Sequence record: AJ697969.1
Strand: one strand, 5' to 3'
From: Pseudomonas phage EL
DNA length: 64,000 nt
In this document: piece after piece, positions 28,648-39,301 of the stretch
Layout of the letters: the number at the start of each line of letters is the position of its first letter
Numbering within the stretch: the stretch's first letter is position 1
Translations under genes and position numbers: made by a program
Notes under the pieces: model-generated
Database searches by the model: none
Told to the model about the DNA's origin: nothing
What the model saw: only the letters and a program-made list of their open reading frames with translations

Positions 28648-30009
28648 ATGTTGGACATGAGTTTTATTACCCGAAAGGTAGCGGGTACGGAGTTCATTGA
28701 GTTCCAGAATGCCACCTTTAAAGACGAATTAACCGCTTGTTTGGATCAGTACATTACGATTACTGATAAGCGTGTGGTATTATCCCCTGATTGCCAAGTG
28801 GACGTACTGGGACTCATTAAGAAACACACCGGCTTTAGCAACATAAAGCTGGAGTTGAACGACAGTGGTAACCTGTACATCGACGCGGGGTATTTCTCCC
28901 CGAACCATGTTCTGAACAACACGGGTACTGATGTGTTGATTCCAGCCTCTAAGACTACCCTGTATCGGTGGTTTGTGGAGAACAAGAACAAGATCTTTAA
29001 AGGAGGTGTTGATTACCGCTCCGGTAAAGTGACTGGTTCGTTCCAAGACGTCCCCTTGACTATTGGGATCAATGTCAACCTGCATCAGTTCTTCCCGTTG
29101 GATAAGATCACCAAATGGAAAGTCTCCATGGGGGGCGCGCTAGCGGGTGGTATTGCTCACGAACTGGGACATGCCTTTGGGGGGTGTGCGCTCCTGCTGA
29201 CTCACCTGGAAGACAACCTGGTAGCCCGAGCTGGCTTGGATCAGTACCGTAAAGCCACCAAAGCAGAAGAACGGGTGATTATCCTGAAAGACACCGCTGC
29301 TATTCTGGATGTCCCAGAAGCCAAGTTGGAGGAACTGAAGAGCTTTGCCGCCCAAGAAGATGGAGAGAACTACCTCCTCTACTACACCAAACTGCTCTCT
29401 CAACGGAATAACCGTCGTGCCCTGTCAGTTGGGGTTCCTGAGATGACCAGTGAAGTGATTGCGGATATGTACGCCATTCGTATGGGCTTCAGTAAGGAAG
29501 TGATTGCTGGGATCAGCGCTTTGGTGGACCGTGGTGTTTTTACCATCGCGACGGAGACCTTCCTGTTCGGTGCCGTTGCAACACTCTTCTTGTTTTGGCC
29601 TACAGCCGCTGTCACTATCATTGTTACCGGGGGAACGACGGCGCTGGGGGGTATGTTGTGGGGGGTCTTTGCCCTCAGTTCGGCCTTCGCGTATTTCCAA
29701 GCCGGGTATTCCGGGGTCTACAATTCCGACCACCGCCGTATGGAAGATGCTCTGCGTCAATTGATTGCTAAACTGAAAGCCAGTAAAACTGTTTCCAGTG
29801 AGGAACGGGTACGGTTGATTGACGACATCACCAAAGCCCTGGAAGCGGTTAAGAAACTTAAACCCTGGTACGACAACACTGTCCTCTACCGCTTTATTGG
29901 TTGGGTTTTCTCAGGCAGCGATTTCCGTAAGCAAGAAATCGAACACTTTACTCAATCCCTTAATAACCATGAACTGGCAGTCTTGTCCAGTCAACTGAAA
30001 ACGCTCTAA
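28648..30009 (+). CDS. membrane-associated zinc metalloprotease (HExxH; HtpX/M48-like or ImmA-like)
   Basis: GGIAHELGHAFGG, followed by two hydrophobic helices (TFLFGAVATLFLFWPTAAVTIIVTGG and LGGMLWGVFALSSAFAYF). Confidence 0.55.
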   Translation: MLDMSFITRKVAGTEFIEFQNATFKDELTACLDQYITITDKRVVLSPDCQVDVLGLIKKHTGFSNIKLELNDSGNLYIDAGYFSPNHVLNNTGTDVLIPASKTTLYRWFVENKNKIFKGGVDYRSGKVTGSFQDVPLTIGINVNLHQFFPLDKITKWKVSMGGALAGGIAHELGHAFGGCALLLTHLEDNLVARAGLDQYRKATKAEERVIILKDTAAILDVPEAKLEELKSFAAQEDGENYLLYYTKLLSQRNNRRALSVGVPEMTSEVIADMYAIRMGFSKEVIAGISALVDRGVFTIATETFLFGAVATLFLFWPTAAVTIIVTGGTTALGGMLWGVFALSSAFAYFQAGYSGVYNSDHRRMEDALRQLIAKLKASKTVSSEERVRLIDDITKALEAVKKLKPWYDNTVLYRFIGWVFSGSDFRKQEIEHFTQSLNNHELAVLSSQLKTL

Positions 30010-30019
30010 GGAGTTTATA

Positions 30020-30466
30020 ATGTCTCACCTCGCCCATGTAAACGATTACCGGGGTTACCTGACCAGTCAAGGGGTTACGTGCCCGTATGCGTTGACCACG
30101 GCCTGCCAGGAAGCCTACATCCGCGCCATTCTCAAACGCCATGCTCGTTCCCAGGACAGTTTCACCCTGGCAGAAGACGAAGAGAATAGCATCTGGGTGC
30201 AGCTCGATAAGTGGAATTCGGTGTATCCGATCAATGCTTCCTTCATCGTGGAATCGGTTAAACTCCGTCTGACCCGTATTCGCGGCTGTCTGATGAAAGA
30301 AGGTAAAACACCCGGTAATGCGGAATTCGATGTGTATCTGGATGTGAAGCGAACCTGTCCCGAGTCGGGTGACACCACGGTGGATAAACTCGATGCCACG
30401 GACAATGATCTGTTCTGTGAGCTGGTTCATTTCCTCTACAATGAATTGGTGAAAGGCAATGAGTAA
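30020..30466 (+). CDS. hypothetical protein
   Basis: 148-aa ORF. Confidence 0.55.
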   Translation: MSHLAHVNDYRGYLTSQGVTCPYALTTACQEAYIRAILKRHARSQDSFTLAEDEENSIWVQLDKWNSVYPINASFIVESVKLRLTRIRGCLMKEGKTPGNAEFDVYLDVKRTCPESGDTTVDKLDATDNDLFCELVHFLYNELVKGNE

Positions 30467-31976
30467 TCCAGTGAGTTCGTATTTCCAATTGAGTGATCCG
30501 GTTGACGGCGTGCTCCCAGGTGATGATAAACAACTCATTGACCTGGATGAGTACTACGAAGAAACCGGTCAACCCGTGGTGGATGCGATGGTCCAAGGGA
30601 GTGAGAGCCTCGCGCTCAATCGCTTCTCTCGGGACATTGCTATCCAACTCAAACTGAAGAATGCGTATGAAATGGATCCTTTCCCAACGGAACGTAATGC
30701 CGTGATGGGAGCGGAAGGGTTTATCTCTACCATTACGGAAGGGTTCAAGAAGTTCATTGAAGGGATCATCAAGTACATCAAGATGGCCTTTAAATGGGTT
30801 ATGGAACACATTAAAGGTCTCCTGGGCTTCCGTAAGAGCGCGCGTATTAACCAGGCGATTAATGACTCCTTTGAGAACCTCCGGGAGGAGTTCCGTCAGA
30901 CCTTGAACGGTCTGGGCTTCCCAAGTGCGAATTACAACCTGGAGAAGTTCATTGGGGAGTTCCCTAATGCCACCGACCGCATTGGTCAACTGACGATCCT
31001 CCGTACAAAGTTCGAAACCGATGAAGAGAGTATCGAGGCTCTTCGTAAAGTCTTCCCACTCTTCGAACAAATCATTGGTAAACTAACGGAGGCTTCTGAC
31101 AAGGCAATACGTGCGTCTGAAAACCTTAAAAGGACCATCCGTAACGAATACAACGCTACCCGGGGTCGGGCTCACCTCCGAGAGTACGTAGACGGTGCGA
31201 ACTCCCCTGAGGTTAACCGAGTCCAGAAAGCGGTGTTGGAAACCCTGACCTTCGTTAAACCGGATGGTTTAGTGGAACAGATCGGTCAGCTCCTGGAAAC
31301 CCTCTACAAGGTGAAGTTCGAAAACGAGGCGTTGAATGAAGGGTTCCATACCGTCCGAGAGACCCTTAAAGAGAACATTCAGGCTCAACGGGTGAAGTTG
31401 ACTCGGGTGAACACTCCGGTGATCATGGATCTCGTTCAGCAGCTCAACGCAGCGTATCTGACGATCTCGGATAAGGCGATCGACATGTCTCGGATTCGTC
31501 TGAGTGAGTTGGGTAATCTGGTGGATGTAACCGATGCTGAGAAGGTCAAGAGCATTGCGGGATACTACCAAGTCCCTGGACTCCTCAGTGATTACCAGGG
31601 CGTGGCGGTTGCCATGCGTAACTTCAGCCAATATTGCCAATCTGTAACCAGTCAGCTGTTGGCGGTTGAAAACCAAGTAGCAGCGTTGGTGGGTTGGTAT
31701 CACCGTTCTCACATGTGGTATTACCATGGTCTGCTGGATGACATTGAAAAGCTTCGTGAAATCAATATCCAAGCTCGCGAGGCGGGGCACTCTCCTGTGG
31801 CGAATGCGGAGGGTTATCCGACATTGACGTTGGATTTTATTCCGGAAGCGGATGCAAAGACCTTCCTGGAGAAGATGAGTGGGACGATGAAAATCGTGAT
31901 TGAAAACGACATTGGTGAGCTTCGTTCCAAGTACAATGCCTTGGCACGACAAACTGGATGGGGGAGACCCGTATGA
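30459..31976 (+). CDS. paralog-family protein (probable virion/head protein)
   Basis: family motif GAE-GFISTITEGFKKFIEGIIKYIKMAFKWV. Confidence 0.6.
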   Translation: MSNPVSSYFQLSDPVDGVLPGDDKQLIDLDEYYEETGQPVVDAMVQGSESLALNRFSRDIAIQLKLKNAYEMDPFPTERNAVMGAEGFISTITEGFKKFIEGIIKYIKMAFKWVMEHIKGLLGFRKSARINQAINDSFENLREEFRQTLNGLGFPSANYNLEKFIGEFPNATDRIGQLTILRTKFETDEESIEALRKVFPLFEQIIGKLTEASDKAIRASENLKRTIRNEYNATRGRAHLREYVDGANSPEVNRVQKAVLETLTFVKPDGLVEQIGQLLETLYKVKFENEALNEGFHTVRETLKENIQAQRVKLTRVNTPVIMDLVQQLNAAYLTISDKAIDMSRIRLSELGNLVDVTDAEKVKSIAGYYQVPGLLSDYQGVAVAMRNFSQYCQSVTSQLLAVENQVAALVGWYHRSHMWYYHGLLDDIEKLREINIQAREAGHSPVANAEGYPTLTLDFIPEADAKTFLEKMSGTMKIVIENDIGELRSKYNALARQTGWGRPV

Positions 31977-32704
31977 ATCGTGAAGTGTGTGAACTGGGTA
32001 TTAAAGCCCTGCACGAACTGGAATTGATCCGTAAGACCAGTGAGGACGACCTCGCTCTGCTGAAAGAAGGGATAGGACCTGAAGCCGCTTATGCCATCAT
32101 TGACCGGTACTGGTCGGGTGAACAGGCGGAAAAAATGAAGGTTCGTGTTACGGCTCAGTTCCCTAAGGACAACGGGGGTATTATCCTCAGCACGTCGTTG
32201 GGTGAACAGGCTGGTTATATCCTGGCTCTGGGGGCTACCAAGGCCTTCTTTGCGGTGGCGTTCCCCAGGATCGGGGCTCGACTGGAACAGGTGTTCTCGT
32301 CCATTAACCAAGCAGACCTGAATGACCCCGTCGCCCTGGAGAAGTACAACGAACTCCGTAAGGAACCAGCCCGGTTCTTTGAGTACTTTGCTAACGGGTT
32401 TTTCGAAGGGAAAGAGAAGGTTGCAGACGGTGAGATTACCTGTTGGACTCAACTGCGTGATCACGCCCGTTGTGTGGATGACGGAGATTACCTCTTCCTG
32501 GATGACTATGACTTCGAATTGAAGCAGGTTAAGGAGAACTTCTACCAGTATTACCTCTCACCCTCTTCGATCAAAGAGCAATCTCTGGCCGGTATCGATT
32601 ACTACACCCAACAACTTGGTGTTCGGGTGCGGTTGGCTAAGTTGTTCTCGTGTTTCTTGGACGAGTTGATTGAGGGTAATCTTCCCTCTAAAGACACCGA
32701 GTAA
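31973..32704 (+). CDS. hypothetical protein
   Basis: ATG 31973 with a GGGGGAG RBS; the track start is 31958. Confidence 0.55.
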   Translation: MNREVCELGIKALHELELIRKTSEDDLALLKEGIGPEAAYAIIDRYWSGEQAEKMKVRVTAQFPKDNGGIILSTSLGEQAGYILALGATKAFFAVAFPRIGARLEQVFSSINQADLNDPVALEKYNELRKEPARFFEYFANGFFEGKEKVADGEITCWTQLRDHARCVDDGDYLFLDDYDFELKQVKENFYQYYLSPSSIKEQSLAGIDYYTQQLGVRVRLAKLFSCFLDELIEGNLPSKDTE

Positions 32705-32716
32705 CGTAAAGGTGCT

Positions 32717-32748
32717 CCTACCCACTCCCTTAACGGGGAGTGGGTAGG
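32717..32748. terminator. bidirectional terminator CCTACCCACTCCC-TTAACG-GGGAGTGGGTAGG (near-identical to the hairpin at 58536)
   Basis: 13-bp perfect stem between convergent genes. Confidence 0.7.
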
Positions 32749-32758
32749 GGTATACGTC

Positions 32759-35689
32759 TTAAATGGTGGTCGTCATTCTGACGTCATGGGGTTGGAAGAT
32801 GATATCAATGGCTTCCTGTATCGATACCAATCCATCGCTGGTTAAGGCGAGTCGTTTACGGATGCTGAAACCAGTGAGGTCATCCAAGTTACTGATGACA
32901 TCCACGGTACTGTCGCCCGCAAACGCACTCAACTTAACACTCACCACCTCTTCACTCACATTCTCCTTTAAGGCTTCTGCAAGGTCTAAGGTACTGACTG
33001 TTGTCTTATCAAACAACGCCATATTGAGTTGGCGAGGAGTGCTCTCCTCCAAGGCGGCGCGGAGGTTGGGGTTACGGTAGCCATTTTCCGTGAGGTAGTA
33101 GGTGACCGAGAATGCCAGATCCTGCCGAAGGGTGGATTCATAGTTACTGTTGATCACCACCCGCTGATACCCCAGCTTACTCCGAGGTTGATAGAACAGG
33201 TCAGTTTGGTCAATCGCTTCCGAGCTAAAGGCCAGCATGTCTTGGTTAATACCGTTGACAAAGAAGTCCTTCGTGTATTTAGCAAATTGGATATCGTATT
33301 CGTCTTTGCTGAACTGATAGTTCGCATCGAAGGCAATGAAGTCCCAATAGTACTTCAGTTTACGGGGTTCCAACTCAACCGGAACACCATTCTCGTAAAC
33401 GATATCAATCCCCCTCCGGTACAACAACCGCATTGTACCATCCGGGTTATAGACGATGTCACCCGCCTTATGTTCGATCACTGGTTTCCCTTCACTGTCG
33501 AACACAATCTGACCATTCTCCCGTTTCACCTGGGTAGTCTCATACCGTTCCGGGACATCCGCTTCGTAGTGCTTGTACTGGGCTTCACCCACCAGGGGAC
33601 GAATCCGACTGTACAGGTTACCCAACCGACGACCGAACTCAACTTTGTAATGGGTTTCAATCACCCCCACCATCGGGATATCAAAGATGGTCTCATCAAT
33701 CTTGTCATCGATTTGAGACTGAGTCACCTCTTTATCCCCCGCCCGGGTAAAGATAAAGGTGACATCTGTGGTCAGTTCACTACCGGTCTTACTCTGCTGA
33801 CTTCCAAACTGCCAGAAGTTAGTAAAGTACAAGACGTCTGCCACATCCACATCAAACTGGGTGTTTAAGGTGAACTCCCAGACCCGTTCCTTATTGGGCA
33901 ACACTCCCACCAGTTTACCTGCTACACTGGCCAGGCTGTTACTGTCCAGTGGGTTAATGGACAGTTGGACCCCTACACTGGTATTCGGCAATTCCTTATA
34001 CGAATCCCCCGATTGAGTCACCAAGGTGATGAGATACCCGGTTTCTCGGTGTTCAATGGTGATTTGTCCTACGCCCAGTTCCAGACCCAACGCCGCGTTA
34101 TCGTCCACAAAGGTTTGATACCGAATGATCGGAGAGTCCAAATGATAGGTCCTGAGGACGGCTTGCTTGTTCGTGGTATCCAGTACGTAGTAGAAAGGGG
34201 TATAGACCAGGGTATTCTCCGCCATCATGTCCACCTGCTGTTCAGGGGTCATGTTGAAGTAGGCATCCCGAGTCAACTTGTTCACCAGAACACTGGTGGG
34301 TTTATTGATGTTGAACAACACATTGTGAGGAATAGTCACCCGTTCCCCGTTGTCCAATACCACCCCGCTAGCCACCAGGTCTTCGACTGACGCTAAATAG
34401 CTCCCGACGTAACACGCCATCGGTGCGTAGAAGCCTTTGTTATCCTGAATAGGCAATTCCTTCGTTAATGCAAAGGAACGCTTCGTCATGTAGTCAATGA
34501 CCTTAACCGAACTGTACCCGCGGTTCTCCGCCGCCCCTTTCAGGTTGTTTTCGGTAATCGGGAGGGTGCGTTGTTGGCGACCGTCGATCACCCGTTGTTT
34601 AATTTCCGTAAAGGGAATGGGATCTGTACCGCCCGAGACAATCGCATCCATCTTCCAGGCAACACCCCCCGCATTCACCAGAGGGACTGAATAGGGATCC
34701 AACTTATCAGACCCATACCGATAGTCCCGGTAGGCGGGTTTAATGTCCATCGGGGACACCGTGGTAAGGTCTTTGGTTAACGCCCCTTTGGTGGTATACG
34801 TGTAGATGTTGATAATCCCCCGGCCAATGTCATTCCCTGACGTGATGTACACATCTGGGATCTCATACGAGAACCGTTTATTCACGGTATCGATACTGAG
34901 GGCTAGGGTTACATTCAACGGATCAAAGACATCTTGGTCGTAGGACACCCGGATCTCTTTCAGTTCCCCATTCCGTTGCAACATCGCACGAACCCCATAC
35001 AGGTTGTCCGTGTACTCAATAATCCCCCGACAGCCAGAGGCTTCGTTAGACGTGAGGTTCTCCGTGGCCTTACAGCTCAATTGAGCTACGGGAATCGATA
35101 CCATCACATACCGACGGTCATCCACTTGCTTGAAGGTACGGTCCAAGAGGTTCGTGGAAATAGGAATAAAGGGGTTAGGCGAGCTGTCGTCGTAAACGAT
35201 CTTCCACCCATTCCGTTCGTTGTACTGGATCCGTATCCCATTGACGACCCAGAAGTCGTATCCGTTGACATTCAAAATGGTATCCTTGGGTACGAGGATC
35301 TCTTTATACACCACGGTGTTCTTACCGACGGTTTGACGACGGTCCACAGCAATCTTCAGGAAGTTCTCAATATCCATGGTGAGAATCATCACTGAAGTCG
35401 AGGGATTCGCAAACAACCCAAACCGCTCTTCATCCGACATGTTCATGCTCAGCTCACTGACATTCCGAGCGTGCAGCAGGAACTTACGGCTGTTGACATC
35501 CAAGAGGCGGTTAATGAAGCCATGCGACGTACCCAGGATTAAATCCATGGCCAAGACAAAGGGGTGACTCTTACTGTTGAGTTTAACGGTCCCGTTGAAC
35601 CAGTTATTCTCGATCTCATTCACAATGAGGTTAATACCCCGAATGGGGTTGTTTGCAATACGTTCCAATTCATCTTGACTAATAGCCAT
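32759..35689 (-). CDS. large hypothetical protein (976 aa), probable structural
   Basis: long minus-strand ORF; no motif recognised. Confidence 0.7.
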   Translation of the reverse strand: MAISQDELERIANNPIRGINLIVNEIENNWFNGTVKLNSKSHPFVLAMDLILGTSHGFINRLLDVNSRKFLLHARNVSELSMNMSDEERFGLFANPSTSVMILTMDIENFLKIAVDRRQTVGKNTVVYKEILVPKDTILNVNGYDFWVVNGIRIQYNERNGWKIVYDDSSPNPFIPISTNLLDRTFKQVDDRRYVMVSIPVAQLSCKATENLTSNEASGCRGIIEYTDNLYGVRAMLQRNGELKEIRVSYDQDVFDPLNVTLALSIDTVNKRFSYEIPDVYITSGNDIGRGIINIYTYTTKGALTKDLTTVSPMDIKPAYRDYRYGSDKLDPYSVPLVNAGGVAWKMDAIVSGGTDPIPFTEIKQRVIDGRQQRTLPITENNLKGAAENRGYSSVKVIDYMTKRSFALTKELPIQDNKGFYAPMACYVGSYLASVEDLVASGVVLDNGERVTIPHNVLFNINKPTSVLVNKLTRDAYFNMTPEQQVDMMAENTLVYTPFYYVLDTTNKQAVLRTYHLDSPIIRYQTFVDDNAALGLELGVGQITIEHRETGYLITLVTQSGDSYKELPNTSVGVQLSINPLDSNSLASVAGKLVGVLPNKERVWEFTLNTQFDVDVADVLYFTNFWQFGSQQSKTGSELTTDVTFIFTRAGDKEVTQSQIDDKIDETIFDIPMVGVIETHYKVEFGRRLGNLYSRIRPLVGEAQYKHYEADVPERYETTQVKRENGQIVFDSEGKPVIEHKAGDIVYNPDGTMRLLYRRGIDIVYENGVPVELEPRKLKYYWDFIAFDANYQFSKDEYDIQFAKYTKDFFVNGINQDMLAFSSEAIDQTDLFYQPRSKLGYQRVVINSNYESTLRQDLAFSVTYYLTENGYRNPNLRAALEESTPRQLNMALFDKTTVSTLDLAEALKENVSEEVVSVKLSAFAGDSTVDVISNLDDLTGFSIRKRLALTSDGLVSIQEAIDIIFQPHDVRMTTTI

Positions 35690-36762
35690 TAGCGTTTACC
35701 CCACAATTCCAGTTCCATAGTCGCCAGATTAATCCAGGGATACGAGCCGTAACCCGACAAGTACCGTTCCCTGAACGGAAGTTTGTAGTAATACTGATTC
35801 CTGACCCGAGGGTGCAGGTTAGGGTTGACCCTCAACGTGGTACGGTTAAAGGCATCTGCAATTTGGATATTGTTAAACCGGAATCCCTGACAATCAAAGG
35901 AGATATCCAGTTCATCAAGCCCTTGACCCCTCAGACTGTTCTGAGTACGGTCAATGGTACTGTACGCCCCCGACGGGAAGGTCGTAGGCCACCCACCCCC
36001 ACAGCAGAAGATCCATTCGATATTCCGCATGTTCTTGTTCATGATGAGGTGGTAAATACGGGTGGTGTAGTCCTTATAGTTCTGGAACAACGCATTGGGG
36101 TACGGTTCCATCCCTTCATCCCCGAGGGTCACCGCTTCAATGTAGTGAACCCACACTTCGTACATATACGCCAATACGTTGTGTTTAATGCCGTGATAGG
36201 TTTGTCTCAGGGTATAGTCGTAGTTGACTTTCAAGACCCCATCGACCCACGCATACACTTCTTTACGGAACCCAGGCTCACTTTTGCCCGACGGTAACGA
36301 GAGATCAGGAAACCCTGAACTGACTTTAAGAAAGTTCGTTGCGGGTGGGATCCAAGGGTTCAAGGGATCCAGGGGAGTAATATCGTTCGCATTCGCCGCT
36401 CCCCAAACCGGATCCAGTAACCCTTTTACGTACGCGTTCAAACTGTTCCGTTGAGGACGGTACAATGAGACCAATTGAGGATGAAGGATTACATTCTCAT
36501 CCGACAGATTCAGCATGGGACGCGACATAAACGCTAATCCTATGGTGTCGTCTGGGATGGGCGCTAACTGATTGCCAGGCCCTAGAATACGAAATCCACG
36601 TAACAGGTTTGTCAAGGCGTTATCAAAACCAGGACCGCCATTCTCACGGAACGCGTAATTCCACCATTCCAGGATGGTTTCTTTCGTGACTTCTCTGCTG
36701 GGTGGCGTATTCCCAGGTGTTCTGTCCAACCAAGCGTCGTAATTATTCGGGTCTTCAGCCAT
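35689..36762 (-). CDS. hypothetical protein
   Basis: 357-aa minus-strand ORF overlapping the downstream minus gene by 1 nt. Confidence 0.65.
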   Translation of the reverse strand: MAEDPNNYDAWLDRTPGNTPPSREVTKETILEWWNYAFRENGGPGFDNALTNLLRGFRILGPGNQLAPIPDDTIGLAFMSRPMLNLSDENVILHPQLVSLYRPQRNSLNAYVKGLLDPVWGAANANDITPLDPLNPWIPPATNFLKVSSGFPDLSLPSGKSEPGFRKEVYAWVDGVLKVNYDYTLRQTYHGIKHNVLAYMYEVWVHYIEAVTLGDEGMEPYPNALFQNYKDYTTRIYHLIMNKNMRNIEWIFCCGGGWPTTFPSGAYSTIDRTQNSLRGQGLDELDISFDCQGFRFNNIQIADAFNRTTLRVNPNLHPRVRNQYYYKLPFRERYLSGYGSYPWINLATMELELWGKR

Positions 36763-36795
36763 TGTTTATTACCTTAAAGTGATCAGGGGTTTATC

Positions 36796-37890
36796 ATGAT
36801 AGGACAAGTATTGTCTCTAGGTTCCTTCTTCTTGGACATCGCCAAGCAGCTGTATCCTGAGAGCAAGGATATCGCCTCGGCGGCCCAAGTAACGGACCGG
36901 GCCAAACATTCATACAATGTGATTTCCACGAGCTCGGTACAACGTAGTGCAGCCCGCACTATTTTGAATCCGATGGTCGCCATTGAGGGGTCCCTTATCC
37001 ACCAGGAATACACCCCGGATCTCATGACGGTGGTGACCCTACGGGATATTACCGCAACACTGACTCACCTGGCGTTGCAGAATTCCGTAGAAGTGGGGGT
37101 TAAGGTGGAGAACCTAATCGGGAGCATCAGTCCCAACCGCGGTGGGATGATGAGTCTCTTCTCGGGACTGGAAGCGATGGATAACAACATCAAACCCAAA
37201 GACCCAGCTACCCCGAACCAAGTTCAGGTCAATAGCAAGACCTACAGTGAACTGATGGAGTTCACCCCCCTGGCGGTGGGTAAAGTGGTGAACGCCACGC
37301 TCTACGGAGCGAATGGTAACAAGATCGAAGTTCCCCTCACCATTCGTCAGATCCCGATTCCGGTGACCCATGAGAACCTGGTGACCCTCTTCTCTGCCGC
37401 TAAACCCGATGAAGGGTTGAAGATGCGATGGATCATGAAGAAGAGTGGTGAGATCACCACGCCTCAGTGGTTCGATGGCAGTGACATCGTTAAAGCCCGT
37501 TTTAAAGCGAAAATGGGTGATACCTCCGGGTATTACAAGGAAGCCATGAAACGGGATACCCAGAATAAACTGGAAGCGATTCGTACGGGGATCATTAGCA
37601 TGAACTCCATGGCGAACACGGTCATCATCACTCAAGATACGGCGACTCAGCTCGAACTGGAAATCGGTCGTAAGTTTGCGGACCCGGTTAGCCGTGAAAA
37701 AATCTTCGAGAGTATTTCGGCGAATACCCTCGTTATCGTGAATGATGACCGGGGTATTTTCACGTTCTACACCGATGGTCAAACCATGCCGGAAGTTTAC
37801 ACACGTCGAGACTTGTCCGTTAAGTCCAAGAAAGAAGGCTCTGCGAACACGCTACAAGATCTCGTTAAACTGCTCAACGGGGGTCTCTAA
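36796..37890 (+). CDS. hypothetical protein
   Basis: 364-aa ORF. Confidence 0.65.
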   Translation: MIGQVLSLGSFFLDIAKQLYPESKDIASAAQVTDRAKHSYNVISTSSVQRSAARTILNPMVAIEGSLIHQEYTPDLMTVVTLRDITATLTHLALQNSVEVGVKVENLIGSISPNRGGMMSLFSGLEAMDNNIKPKDPATPNQVQVNSKTYSELMEFTPLAVGKVVNATLYGANGNKIEVPLTIRQIPIPVTHENLVTLFSAAKPDEGLKMRWIMKKSGEITTPQWFDGSDIVKARFKAKMGDTSGYYKEAMKRDTQNKLEAIRTGIISMNSMANTVIITQDTATQLELEIGRKFADPVSREKIFESISANTLVIVNDDRGIFTFYTDGQTMPEVYTRRDLSVKSKKEGSANTLQDLVKLLNGGL

Positions 37891-38774
37891 TGAATATCTT
37901 TGAATACGTGAAGGGTGTTAAGACGTTCAAGAAGAACGAACTGATAACCAAGCTCACTACCCTCACGGTGGCCAGTAACGACCTGATTTCGAACCTCGAA
38001 CGAATGGTAGCGAATAAGGTGGATTTGAGCCATGAAATCAATCAGTGGGTGATTACCAAGAGTATTGTTCGTGAACTGGACAATAACGGGTACCGGGGTG
38101 TAGGCTTGGTGGGTGCTACCCGGGGATCGTGTGAAACGATTATCAGTTTGGTCCCCGGGTTAACGAAACGGGTGAATGGGTATAAAGACGAAGTCTGGGA
38201 CGGTAAGCTCCTGACCTTGCGTCAAGTCAATATCCTGAACCTGATGGAACACGTGGAGTATTGGTTGAAATACACCAATATGGTCTACAGTGTTCTGCTG
38301 GACTTGAACAACCAGTCAGTCACCACCCCTGAGAAGGCCTTGGATAAGGCCGACTTGAAACTGGTGAATGGGACCCTGGAGTTCTACAAGTCGGTTACCT
38401 TGGACCTCCTGAAAGGGTCTCGTCGTCTCCTGGAGGGTCTGGATGATCTTCCGGATGTGGAAGTCAGTGAAACCTCGTTGGCTGTTCTGGAAGCCACTGA
38501 TCCTAAAGCCGCTCCGGATTACCTGAAGCGAGGCTTTGGGGTCCATCTGCTGAATCCGAAGTATTGGATCGGTTTGGCGAACATGAACCTGAACATTGCA
38601 CGTATCGAGAAGATGCGTCGGGACAACGAACTCTTCGCCATGAAGATCTCGAAAGCTGTGAACATGAAGAACGGTGTCAACGACGCCGAAATCGATCGTC
38701 AGATCGAGGTGCTTCAGGACGAGATCATCAAGAACGTTAACACCATTGAAACCATCGAGAGACGCTATGAATAG
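37890..38774 (+). CDS. hypothetical protein
   Basis: 294-aa ORF overlapping the upstream stop. Confidence 0.65.
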   Translation: MNIFEYVKGVKTFKKNELITKLTTLTVASNDLISNLERMVANKVDLSHEINQWVITKSIVRELDNNGYRGVGLVGATRGSCETIISLVPGLTKRVNGYKDEVWDGKLLTLRQVNILNLMEHVEYWLKYTNMVYSVLLDLNNQSVTTPEKALDKADLKLVNGTLEFYKSVTLDLLKGSRRLLEGLDDLPDVEVSETSLAVLEATDPKAAPDYLKRGFGVHLLNPKYWIGLANMNLNIARIEKMRRDNELFAMKISKAVNMKNGVNDAEIDRQIEVLQDEIIKNVNTIETIERRYE

Positions 38775-39279
38775 TTTTCGTCGCTCCCCCAATGGGTTTG
38801 TGAACGCAAAGCTGACGGATGCGGAGATGACAGAGGCCTTTACCAACCTCAATCTCCTCCGGAAGGATGCGTACAGTGATTTCGAATTGGTCATCAAAGG
38901 TCATGTGGCCATTGAAACCATTCGGGATGTCAGTCGGCTGGTGGGTCCCAGTTTCCGTCAGTTTATGGAAGCCAACTACGACAGTGGCCGTGGACCTATT
39001 GCAGGGTTGATCAAAGACATTGTTCATTACCTCAATGGGCGTATGGGTCACCACTCGCTGATTACGTCGCTCCGTATTGAAGAGCGTAAACTCCTGAGTG
39101 CGTCGAAAGTGCGTAAAGCGACCTACCGTCAAACCCAAACCACGGGCAGTCCGCTTCCGCTCCTGGAAGACGACTACATCGTCCACGACTACGATCTCTA
39201 TCGCCTAATGTCCGGTATCAGTCCTTCCAATGTAGGGCGGACCTTGTTGCTACTGGGCGGTGAGAATTACTACAGCTGA
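38767..39279 (+). CDS. hypothetical protein
   Basis: ATG at 38767 (MNSFRRSPNG...) overlapping the upstream stop; the track start 38674 is an upstream extension. Confidence 0.55.
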   Translation: MNSFRRSPNGFVNAKLTDAEMTEAFTNLNLLRKDAYSDFELVIKGHVAIETIRDVSRLVGPSFRQFMEANYDSGRGPIAGLIKDIVHYLNGRMGHHSLITSLRIEERKLLSASKVRKATYRQTQTTGSPLPLLEDDYIVHDYDLYRLMSGISPSNVGRTLLLLGGENYYS

Positions 39280-39301
39280 CCCTTAGGTGGAGAAGAGTGC
39301 A

